Below are positions 27,201 through 38,600 of a stretch of DNA of 64,000 nt, in pieces (the first letter of the stretch is position 1; each line of letters starts with the position of its first letter). Source of the DNA: Rhynchobatus australiae (lineage: Eukaryota); contig JAUZTB010000082.1 of the NCBI GenBank assembly GCA_034780895.1, forward strand, positions 11,664,561 through 11,728,560. Direction: 5' to 3'. The notes beneath the pieces are model-generated. The model did not search any database. It saw only the letters and a list, made by a program, of their open reading frames with translations, and was not told the DNA's origin. Made by a program: the position numbers and the translations under genes.

Positions 27201-30200
27201 ATTGAGAAGAAACCTTTTCAGCAGAAAATACACGATCCAGAATGCACATCTCAAAAAAATGTTTCTTAGCAACTCAACAGTAACTTTTCAAAACTGTAGA
27301 CTTGAAAAGGGCAACATCTGTATTGCTACTATGAAAAAGCTGGTGCAGGGGGTTTCAAAAGACCAGTGCTGGTATGCTGGTATGATGGGTCAAATGGCCT
27401 CTGTGCTCGAAGTCTGTTATTTCAATTGATCTGCCAGCTATTCTGTTGTACAGCATGTCAGCACAGCGTGCTTCCCACTAAACTTAGCAATGCAATTTAG
27501 TTGCAAGCTTGGGCTTTACGAATATTTAACATGGAATCTGATCCGTGCAATGATATAAACGAGCATTTTAAATTGAAATATCTGAAAATAAAAATGGACA
27601 AATACTCAAACCTCCTCTAAAGTTCGATTTCATCACATCAATAGTGATTTATATATATTAAAAAAACTTAAGAAGCAATCTTACTTCCTAATTTCCTCTG
27701 AAGTAGCCACTTTTAAAAATATTAATGATTTGTATCTAATTGTAAACAACATTACCAATATTTCATTCATGCCCTTAAAAGTATATTTCTTAGTTATATT
27801 TTGATATAACTTGAAAATTGAAATAGGAAAACAAGAGCCTGCAGCTATTTTTTGTTAAATACATCCATATACCTGAAACATAATGAACATGAGTTTTTCT
27901 TTTAAAAATATGTATTATTAAAAAATTAAAAATACATTTAATTAAAATGCATATAACTGAGATAAATTAACTAAAATTAATATTAAATTAAAGAACAAAG
28001 AAACCTATCTTCCTGCTCTTGCCTTTCCATTAATGAGTTCATCTTCATGGCTGGTGTAAAGCTAAGGGGCTGATGTGAAATGGATTCACCCCCTTGACTG
28101 AGCTCCATCTCTGGGCTCTGAGCTGGGTCCAGGGTGGACCAGGAAGCAGGTGCAGAAGTTGGGGATGTGCTGATCCACAAAGAGGAACATGGGTGGTTCT
28201 CTTCCAAACTGCTGGCAGAAATACATTTCCATCTGTGCATTAAAATTGTCTGGAGCACTGGTCAAGGACAGGGATGGAATTGGTACCAGTGGGGTGGCAG
28301 TCAGGCTGGGAGTAGCTAGGGTTGTTCTGGGAATGGAGGAGGTTGCTAGGCGATGATATTTAATATCATGATGGGTTTATGCTGAGTAGATAGTGAAACC
28401 TTTCTCATTATTGGCAGGGTCAAGAAATGACTGACATAAAATGTAGATAATTGGCATTAAAAACCCAGTATAATGCAAGTAATTTTTTTTACACAGTGAG
28501 TGGTTAGGGTCTGAAATACATAACAGTGGGTACTGATAGAGACAGGTTCATTTGTAGTGTTCAAAAGTGCTCTGAGAGGAAAGAATTTGCAGGGCTATTA
28601 ACGATGGGACTGGGATTGGGACCAGCTGGATTGCTCTTAAATGGTGCAGCATGGACTTGATGGGTCGTATAGCCTCATTTTGTGCTGTAATTCTGAGATT
28701 CTCTGACTGGCACTAAACTGAAGTAATGTAAACACGCAGTGGGGGAAAATGCTGGTGTGGAAGGTAGAATTGCCAATATTTCTTGCATCAGTAAGAAACA
28801 GCTAAATTCCAGTTGCGTGATATGTAAGGTTTCCAGACTTTGTTTAAGCATGAACTCAAGTAGTTCCAGGTATCAAAGATTGGGTGAAGGGAACAGCTGT
28901 ATTCCTACAGCTTAATCCAGTTTGTGTCAAAATGTGTGTTATAGGGACATGCATGACATACTCTCTAGCACTGAAGATGAATGTCATGTTGATGACACTT
29001 TTTTTTCTTGAACAACCATTTCATATAGTTAAAAAAAACACCAAACCTTTGGCACATTTGATGCTGAGCAACTAATCCGTAAATTCATTCAAGTCAGCGT
29101 TTATTGCCTATCTCTAATTGTTCTTGAGACGTTGCTGGTTAGCTGCCTCCTTGAACCACTGCAGTCCTTCTGGTGAANNNNNNNNNNNNNNNNNNNNNNN
29201 NNNNNNNNNNNNNNNNNNNNNNNNNNNNNNNNNNNNNNNNNNNTTTACTTCCAAAGTTTTCCTTAAGACCGTGGAAACCCAGCCAGATCTGATTATTTTC
29301 TTCCTGTAATGTGCCCAGATTGTCCACTGGGTGGTAGCACATACCTTGTGTTTAATCACAATCTTTGTACCAACCCAGGATCCTTCCTGCATTTAAGCAA
29401 ATGCTGGGTTTGTGATCCACCACCTTCAGTGAGTGTCTTGTTCTCTTGTTCATCCCTGTTTTATCTAATTTCAAAGGGATTTATTGTTAATCACTGGCAG
29501 ATGGAAACAAGAGTTTCTCAAAATCGTGATGCACTGTGATCCAAGTGTATAATTTATGAAATTAGATGGCAGCAGGTTTTCAATTTGCTATCACACTCTC
29601 ATGCATATTGTGTAAAAACCATTGTACAATACTGAATGTGCAAGATGTTGAATGTCAATTAGCTGAGCAGTTCATATCCACTCAGTGAACTTCCAGTGGA
29701 CCACAAGCATCAGCTGGATTCTGTGCTGAGATGACTTAATGCTATAGTTCTATTTATCTAGTTCTTTTATTTCTCTGTGTGTCTCTCACTTCCTTTCTAA
29801 ATTTGCCATTGAATGTTCTAACTCCCATCAGCCTTGTTATGGCATAAAGCTGTGTGATAAGATCCTGGGTGATAATAACATGTTATAACAGGGATTTTTC
29901 CATTCCAAACCAGCTGGCAGCAATGTTGCCTTCTGTGTAACATGTTCAAGACCTCTGGTTTCTCACAGAAAAGTAGATGGAATCATGGCATCAGAACATA
30001 CAGATGTTTAAAAACAAAGGCTTAGCCAATCCATCATGTACCTTATTAAATTGTGTTGCAGCTATTTAATACAATCCCCAATAATTCCCATCTATGATAT
30101 TCCAAGCCCTGCATTTATTTTGAAAGCACACTTGATGTGTGGATGAAAAAAAGAATTCATGAAAAGTCTTCACCAAAAGGTAGTTCCAGGAGGTGGCCAT

Positions 30201-31720
30201 GAGTTATATCACCAACATTCCAGCTTCCTTTGGTTCATCTGTGCTGGGAAATATCTAGTTCTGATTTGAACATTTGCAAGAAAATTACATACACTGCTGG
30301 AGCCAGGAAGTCATTCCAAAGGTCAGTGACCCTTTGGGGAAAGAGAAACCACATGACGTCTGATCTGGGTTTGATTAACAGCTTAAATCCATGATGCCCT
30401 ATTAATTTATCTAATCATAATAATCTATCCACATATACTCAGTCCAGTTCCCCTTCTCCCTTCAATATTCCAAATATTTCAATTAAAATCCCATCTGACC
30501 TGTCCACCTTCAATATTAAGACTGATCTGGAGTATAAAGATCCAGACTATTCTAACCCTATTGTGGTAACTAATGATCTTTAAGTATTAATCTAGTAACC
30601 AATTTTAAACCATTTTCCAATGTACATCTCCCACCATGCTAATGGCAAAGAACTGGACACCACTTTAGATGGAGATCAATCAAGGTCTTGTACAGGGCAC
30701 TGCAATACTTGTTGTTTTGTGCTGGAATATCCAAGTCATCACCTTTTCTATATCTGATTTTGGTTAAAGCCCTTCATCACTGATTACAGACATATACATA
30801 CCTTAATTCAGAGCAGTGTGGAGACAGGTCTGTACAAGGAAAGAGGAGATTACAGGGAAAAGATTGGCATTTTTCTCAGCTGACCCTCCCTTGCTCATTC
30901 AACATTTTCTGCTTATCAGTTTCATGTGAGGCTTCTCCCACCTGCAGTCAGACCTAGAATCCTATAAAGATGTTTTTTTGGTCTCCTTTTCTTCTAGATC
31001 ATGGGTCAAAGTCAAAGTCAAGTTTATTGTCATATGCACAAATATATGTGTGCACAGGTGCAATGAAAAACTTGCTTGCAGCAGCATCACAGGTACATAG
31101 CATCAGATACACAACATTCATAAGAAAAACATAAATTAACAACATAAATTATACAAGAAAGAATAGTGAGAACACTGTGATGTCTTTTGCTGGTTCAGGA
31201 TAGATTTCCATGTGCATTGTGATATCATTCATCTCCTCCATCTCAACCTCTCCACTACGCATGTTTTAACTGGTATTAGTCCTGGATGAGTCATAGTTCC
31301 CTTTGACCATTGTCTCAGTTCAGACAAAATCATTTGCAATTGTACCTGACTTAACCATGAGCTGAAATATAACTCTCACTTCCAGATCTTATTTGACATC
31401 ACTAAGATAACCTATGTCCATCTCAGCAAGATTCCACACCTTTTGTTGTCTGGAATTCTCCAATGCCAAAATGGTGGTGTGTTCCTTATATCTTCACAAC
31501 ACCCAAGGCCAATCTGTAGACAAGGTGCAACTTACCCAACATTCTGTAACACATATCCTGTACTGTATTATCTTGCTCACCTGTGCTGACTTCTTGTCTC
31601 TGAACTTGTTAAATTCAGAATTGGTTGATTTGTCCATCCATCTGTTAGCACTGTTTTCTCTGCAATCTTTTGACTCCTATCCTTTCAATTGCTTTGTTTC
31701 TGCATTTTTATTCATCACAC

Positions 31721-32148
31721 TGTAGCGACCCATACTCACACGTGTTGAACCGTCATCGGCGGATGTGGACGGACGCGCGGGGATGCGTTACATTCAGCCC
31801 GCGGGGCAGGCTTTCCAACAGGAACCTGACACCACGTCCGCTGAAAGGGCCCTCGGGTATTTTTGCGCACGCATGCCTTTTGTTTGAGTCAGTANNNNNN
31901 NNNNNNNNNNNNNNNNNNNNNNNNNNNNNNNNNNNNNNNNNNNNNNNNNNNNNNNNNNNNNNNNNNNNNNNNNNNNNNNNNNNNNNNNNNNNNNGGCTTT
32001 CCAACAGGAACCTGACACCACGTCCGCTGACAGGGCCCTCGGGTATTTTTGCGCACGCACGCCTTTTGTTTGAGTCAGTAAAGTGTGTTTCGACTTAGCC
32101 TCCACGTCCACGAGTTTTCCTTGCGGAAACCCGTCGCATATGGCTACA
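31721..32148 (+). repeat. 5' LTR (about 240 bp real length, inflated by an N gap with duplicated flanks)
   Basis: Starts tgtagcgacc, ends tatggctaca; aligns to 35376-35616. Confidence 0.93.
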
Positions 32149-32150
32149 TT

Positions 32151-32158
32151 TGGTGACC
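32151..32158 (+). other. Truncated primer-binding site (tRNA-Trp type)
   Basis: TGGTGACC, 2 nt after the LTR, is complementary to the 3' end of vertebrate tRNA-Trp (...GGGGUCACCA). The match stops after 8 nt. Confidence 0.7.
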
Positions 32159-32383
32159 AACATCTTGTGGCAGTGTAAGCAGTGGGGCGAGGCATCCATT
32201 TGCTTAACCACGACCGTGCAGCCCAAGTCCAAAGCCCCACAACTGAAGCCACCGGCGCCCGCAGGGGACAAGGAGGAAGGCTCGGACCAATTGTGCTTTT
32301 ACCATCAGAGATGGGGATCGAAAGCACGCCGCTGCCACCCGCCACGTTCCTACCAGGGAAACGCCAGGGCCGGCCGTCGCTAG
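32159..32383 (+). pseudogene. C-terminal remnant of gag
   Basis: CFYHQRWGSKARRCHPPR is a degenerate C-x2-H-x9-C-x3-C knuckle with the last Cys lost; it ends QGNARAGRR*. The N-terminal part of gag is absent. Confidence 0.75.
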
Positions 32384-35290
32384 TGGCTTCGATGGCTGGC
32401 CACCGTGACAGCCTCCTTTTCCTCTGGGATATGGTGCCCTCCTCCAACATGGACACCTGCAACACAGCCCTGGGCCCCGACCTCTCAGCTGCGAACGGCA
32501 CAAGTATCCGGACATACGGCACGCGTACCATTCCACTGCATTTCAGACCCAGCCCTTTCACATGGACCTTCACGGTAGCAGCAGTACCACGGCCACTACT
32601 AGGGGCAGAATTCCTATGGGCCAACCGCATTCTGGTCATTCTAAAGGGCCGACGTTTGGTCCATGTGAAGACATTCCAGACGTTCCAACTCTGGGACGCC
32701 CCATTCTGGCTCTCCACCTGGACTCCATCATACTCTCGGGTGACAAGTTCGCCAGGGTACTGGCAGATTTCCTCCATCACCCCACAGTTCTCCACCACTG
32801 ACCCCAAGCATGGCGTGCAACACCACATTCCCACGCAGGGGCCACCGCTACACGCCCAGACCCGCAGGCTCCCACCTGACAAGCTCCACCTCACCAAGGA
32901 GGAGTTTCAGAAAATGGGGATCATCCGGCATTTGGGCAGCCCGTGGGCACCACCGCTGCACATGATGCCCAAGGCTGCTGGGGGTTGGAGGCCCTGCGGG
33001 GACTACAGGAAACTCAACAATGCCACGACTGCCAATTGGTACCCGGTGCCCCACATCCAGGACCTCACGGCGAACCTGCACAGCGCGACCATCTTCTCAA
33101 AAATCGATCTGGTCAGGGGGTACCATCAGATCCCTGTACACTCCGATGACATGCCCAAGACAGCCCTCATCACCCCCTTTGGGTTATTCAAATTCCTTCA
33201 GATGCCTTTCGGCCTAAAGATCGCCACCCAGACTTTCCAGAGACTTATGGATTCGGTGGGCCGAGGCCTGGATTTCGCTTTTATCTACCTGGACGACATC
33301 CTGGTGGCCAGCCGGTCACGCCAAGAGCAAGTGGCACACCTGCGTCAGCTCTGCCAACACCTGAGTGACCACGGACTAGCAATCAACCTGGCGAAGTGCC
33401 AGTTCAGGCTGCGAGAAATCGACTTCTTGGGCCACAGTGTAAACCGGCACAGTGCCACCCCGCTACCAGACAAAGTCCAGGCCATCCGCCAGTTCCCCAA
33501 ACCCAGTACAATCAAGGGCCTGCAAGAGTTTGTGGGGATGGTGAATTACTGCCATCGGTTCGTGCCAGCGGTAGTGCACATCATGAGGCCCCTGTTTGGT
33601 TTGATGGCCGGGAAGGCCAAAGAGGTGGCATGGGACGTGGAGTCCACGGAGGCTTTCAAGCGGACCAAAGAGGCTTTGGCGAAAGCGACCCTCCTGGTAC
33701 ACCCAAGAGCCGACGTGCCCATGGCGCTCACAGTCGACGCCTCCGACACAGCAGTCGGCAGGGTCCTGGAGCAGCTCGTTGAGGGCAAATGGCAACCGTT
33801 CTCCTTTTTCAGCCGTCACCTGCGACCTCCGGAGGTTAAATGCACCGCTTTAGACAGGGAGTTGCTAGCACTCTACCTGGCGATCTGGCACTTCCGGTAT
33901 TTCCTCAAGGGAAGGGACTTCATCGTGTATACGGACCACAAGCTCCTCACCTTCGCTTTCGTGAAAGTATCGGACCCGTGGTTGGCCCGGCAACAAAGGC
34001 ACCTCTCTTTCATTTCGGAATTCACCATGGACGTCCGACACATTTGCAGGAAAGAATAACGTGATCACTGTCACGCTCTCCCGCCCCCACATCCACTCAG
34101 TGGCCACGGTGTCCCCTGGCATCGACTACTCGACGCTGGGGCAAGCACAACAGGCGGATGCCAAGATCCCGGCATACTGCACCGTCATTTCGGGGCTCCG
34201 GTTAAGACATCCTCGTCGGCCCAGTGGCAGTTCGACTCCTGTGCGACACATCTACTGGCAGACCCTGGCCCGTGGTGCCAGCAGTGTGGAAGAGACGGGT
34301 GTTCGACACACTACACGGCCTGGCACACCCGTCCATTCGGGCGTCCATCAAACTGGTAGTGCACAAATTCGTTTGGCATGGGTTGTGGAATCAGGTTGGG
34401 CACTTGGCCAGGACCTGTATACACTGCCAAACGTCCAAAGTCCATCAGCATGTGAAGGCCCCCTTCCAGCAATTCCAGACCACGCTTGGGAGGTTCCGGC
34501 ACATCCACATGGACATCGTCAGCCCCCTGCTGGTCTCTCAGGGCGCCAGGTATATCTTCACCATGGTCGACAGGTTCACCAGGTGGCTGGAGGCCATGCC
34601 ATTTGCAGACATGTCCACTGAGTCCTGCGCCAGGACACTCATTGCGAATTGGATCGCCAGGTTTGGCCTCCCAGCAGACATCACCTCCAACCAAGGGGCA
34701 CAGTTCACATCTAGTTCGTGGACAGCGCTGGCGCAGCTTTTGGGCACCCGACTACACCACACCACGGTGTACCACCCCCAGTCCAATGGCTTGGTCAAGC
34801 GGTTCCACAGGCACCTCAAGTCAGCACTGATGGCGCGCCTCATGGGACCCAACTGGACAGATGAGCTACCCTGGGTCTTACTGGGCATCCACGGCCCCCA
34901 AGGAAGACCTGGGCACCTCCTCAGTGGAGTTGGTCTATGGCACCCCCCTAACGGTCCCGGGTGAGTTCATACCAGAGACCTAAGATCCAGCAAGGACTCC
35001 AGTAGAGGTGTTGATGAGGCTGCGGGACAAGGTGGGGACCCTGGCACTGGTCCCCACCTCCAGACGTGGCACAACATTATCCTTTATCCCCAAGGACCTC
35101 CATGACTGCAAATATGTGTTCATTCACAGGGGCATGCACAAGACACCTCTGCAGAGGCTGTACAAGGGACCCTTCAGGGTGCTCCAGCACAAAGGCTCTA
35201 CATGCGTCGTGGAAGCGGGTAGCCGAGAGGAGACTTTCACAGTGGACCACTTCAAACTGGCACATGTGGACATCGAGCAGTCAGTGCAGG
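32356..35290 (+). pseudogene. pol pseudogene (protease remnant, RT, RNase H, integrase)
   Basis: RT: WRPCGDYRKLN, FSKIDLVRGYHQI, MPFGLK, YLDD. RNase H: LTVDASD, VYTDHK. Integrase: HGLAH...CIHC, HMDIV, DRFTRW, GPF. Frameshifts near 34055, 34210 and 34890. Confidence 0.95.
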
Positions 35291-35375
35291 CACCCGCAGG
35301 CCACCCAAGAAGGACACGTAGACTGGGGGCTCCACGTCCCCGATGGGCNNNNNNNNNNGGGGGGGGGGGGAGTGG

Positions 35376-35616
35376 TGTAGCGACCCGTACTCGTGTGTTG
35401 AACCGCCATCGGCGGACATGGATAGACGCGCAGGGGTGTGTTGCGATTGGCCCGCGGGACGGGCCTTTCCGGCGGGAACCTGACACCACGTCCGTCAAAA
35501 GGGCCCTCAGGTATTTTTGCGCATGCGCGCCTTTTGTTTGGGTCAGTAAAGTGTGTTTTGACCTAACCTCCACGTCTCCGAGTTTTCCTTGTGGAAACCC
35601 ATTGTGTATGGCTACA
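35376..35616 (+). repeat. 3' LTR (241 bp), preceded by polypurine tract
   Basis: (g)n-agtgg PPT at 35359-35375, then tgtagcgacc...tatggctaca; AGTAAA polyA-like hexamer inside. Confidence 0.95.
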
Positions 35617-38600
35617 ACACCTTTAATATACCTCAGTCGTTTTTGGAAGTCCCCAAACTTTGCTGCATTTCTAGACTTTTGGAAAATCTCAAAGGATCTT
35701 TTTATCCCAGTTTTCATTTACTGTCGTAATTGCTCTTGCTGTGACGCCTTTGCCTTCTGCTTATTTGTGAAATATCATTATATATTTTACAATGGTACTT
35801 AAATGTTAGGTTAAACAAAAATTATCACNNNNNNNNNNNNNNNNNNNNNNNNNNNNNNNNNNNNNNNNNNNNNNNNNNNNNNNNNNNNNNNNNNNNNNNN
35901 NNNNNNNNNNNNNNNNNNNNNNNNNNNNATCACAGCAAAGGAGAATGTAATTTGTATCATTTGGGAGTTAGTAGCTAAAAGAGCAGGTAATGATAAAAGT
36001 AACTCCTCTCAGTCAGGATGGTTTGTAAATAGACTTATCCCTGCAAGCTGCCAAAGTAGCATTATCTTGCTGCCGCAGTAAGTATCCTAATCCTTGGCCT
36101 TCTCCCGCTTTTCCAATGAGTTGTGAATTTGTGGATTTCTTGACCTTTTCCAATCGAGGAGCAAACAGTTTGTGTTTCATCTAAATGAGTTTGATGACAA
36201 ATCTGCCAAAGGCCTGCTGCCATGTGTTAGTGTGCGAGTGCCAGCAGTTAAAGCTAACAGAAGTATTAGCACCCCTGCATGTGGCACTCTGTCTGCTCCC
36301 CTGCTGCTGCCCTGCGGTCCCATCTGCTTCACCAACTAACTTAATTGGTTCCTTTTGTTTTACATTTTTGTTGAGGAATAAAAATCCTTCCCTGTCATTA
36401 ACCCCTTTGAGAACTGCTGTAACATTTTTTTGCTCTAAAGATATAACACATGTGATTATTGCCAGGAAGGTAAACACTGAGCCACAGGAGAGTTTCAATT
36501 GTTAATTGAGTCCTTGTTTCCCCAAAAGAAAAGGAAAATTAGTTTTATCTAGTTCAAAAATTTGCAAGATGTACATTTAAGTCTAATGTATTAAAATTCC
36601 TGTCCCATTTACAGTTTTTATTCAGACGTTACATGTATGACATTGACATTTATATTTCAACATACAGCCTTAAAATGCAAGCACCGTACTGCCTTAAAAC
36701 AGTGTCCTGACTTGACTTTGTGGGTTAACTACATTCATCGGATTGAATTGTCTTAACATTTTCACACTGTGAAGCTCCTTTGTACCAGAGACTTGTATGA
36801 GCATAAAACATACACTATGTTGTGCTCTCCTCCTGCCTCTCAGTGATAACATAGTGGGTTTGCTCATTATTTCAAGTTGCTTCAAACTTAAGTGAGTTTT
36901 CTTACCTTTTTAACTTTCTTCTTAAGTCACTAAAGGTTTGTCCTGAAAGCTGGTTGACTATTTTGTTTTGCCAAATTACACATGGCACCTAAATAGTCAT
37001 GTGTGCCCAAAGATAAGTTTAATAAAGGTGCTGTTGCTGGCCCAATTCCAAAGGCAAGTTCAGTCTTGTTACTGTAAACTAGTAGCTGAATTCTTTCTGA
37101 AGATCTGTTGCTGGTTTACCAAAGGTTTGTTTTGCTTTGTTACTTTTGTGTAAATGTGACAAAGTTTGAGAAGATTCACTATTTTAAAAAAAATTTGCTT
37201 GTTCAATCTTCTCAAAATGCATCATTTTGCACTTTTAGTAGCTATGAGAAACAGAGCTTTGCCCAGAGGTCGGAAAGTCTACTGGACAAAAGGAGAGGAA
37301 GCTGTACGAGTTTATGTTCCTGCATTTATTGATCTTGGCCCTTTGCCTGGCTGTCTTAGTTTAAGAGTAAAAGTAGAAGATATTGGTGGCACGAGATAGA
37401 AAACTAGGTGAGAGATCCAACTTCATAGTGCAGGACCATATCAATGCTTAAAAAAATTAGAAGTGGGAGAGCAACTTAAGGCATAGTAGTTATGCAATGA
37501 AGAACTTAGATTGTTTTAATCACTGATGACAAAATGAAAGGAAGGAAGAGAGGTTTGTATTTGCCTAGTTCCCATCACAACTTTGGGACTTTTCAAAGTA
37601 TCTTGCAGCATGTGAACTGTGGTCACTTTTGTAATGTAGGAAATCTGGCAGTCATTCTGCTTCCAGCAAGCTCCCTCAGACAGCCAAGTGTTGAAGAACA
37701 GATGTATTGTCTTATTGGTGTTAGTTTAAAGTTAAGTAACAGCCAGGGCACACAGTATTGTTAACTGAAAATTGGATTCAGTCGTATTCAGTTTCTCCTG
37801 TCATTTAATGCACAGACCACACACTCTGGCCTCCCATTTGATTACAACCTGAAATGCCTGGTTTGGGGAGAAGAGTTATACTGGTCATAGAAAACAGAAG
37901 GAAAATAAACTGGCAAATCTTTGGGCTCTGCTGAGCATTGCTGGCAGATGAAAGGAACAACATAAGAGCCATTGAGAGTCATCATGACGACCCTACCACT
38001 CCAGTGAATTCTACAATTTTGCTGAGATAAAAACTGTAGATAAAAATTTGAGTGTTCTCTAGTGCCACCAAGAAATAATTTTTCTGCCTCCTGTTTTGGC
38101 CATTTGTCCCCTCTTCCCTTTCACTTGACATTTGCTCCTCATGTGATTGTCTCTTGGTGATGAGTGCCCTTAAGATTGCTGCCAAATAGCTATTATTTAC
38201 TTACAATCTTTGACAAAAATAAACAACAGATTATTTGGTTGCAGGTAAGAGATCCTATCTCCACCCACATCCACACTGTAGTTCCCGTAGGTTACAAGAT
38301 AATGATTTGGTGGAAAAAAAGACAGGAATTTTCTTTTCTCTAAAATGAGGTTGTTCAGCAGCACAGATTAATGATTTAAAATAACTTTTTTTAAGTGGTA
38401 AGGTGGTTTGTGTTTTGAAAAAATTCCTGCCTTTCGAGACCCTATCACTGAGCTGATTTCTAGCATTCAACTTGTTTTGCTTTAACACTTTCCTTTTCAA
38501 AAAAACACACAAATTTTGGCAGCCTAGTCCGGAAAGCTGTAATGTAATTAATTTTGTCACTTAGACATGTGCGTTTTCTCTTTGCCACTTTGCAGTAAAA

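Larger units (their letters stand above)
31721..35616 (+). mobile_element. Ty3/Gypsy LTR retrotransposon, internally deleted and degenerate
   Basis: Two LTRs bounded by TGTAGC...GCTACA; ACAC target-site duplication (31717-31720 and 35617-35620); PBS remnant; G-rich PPT; domain order PR-RT-RH-IN. Confidence 0.97.

Noticed and set aside
31808-32079. Apparent ~85-bp tandem duplication inside the 5' LTR
   Set aside because: The copies flank a 100-N gap, differ at only two bases and have a single counterpart in the 3' LTR. Most likely an unmerged contig overlap or two haplotypes.
31794-32897. 367-aa antisense ORF in the Gypsy element (and 35124-35717)
   Set aside because: GC-rich antisense shadows that cross N gaps and have no recognisable domain.
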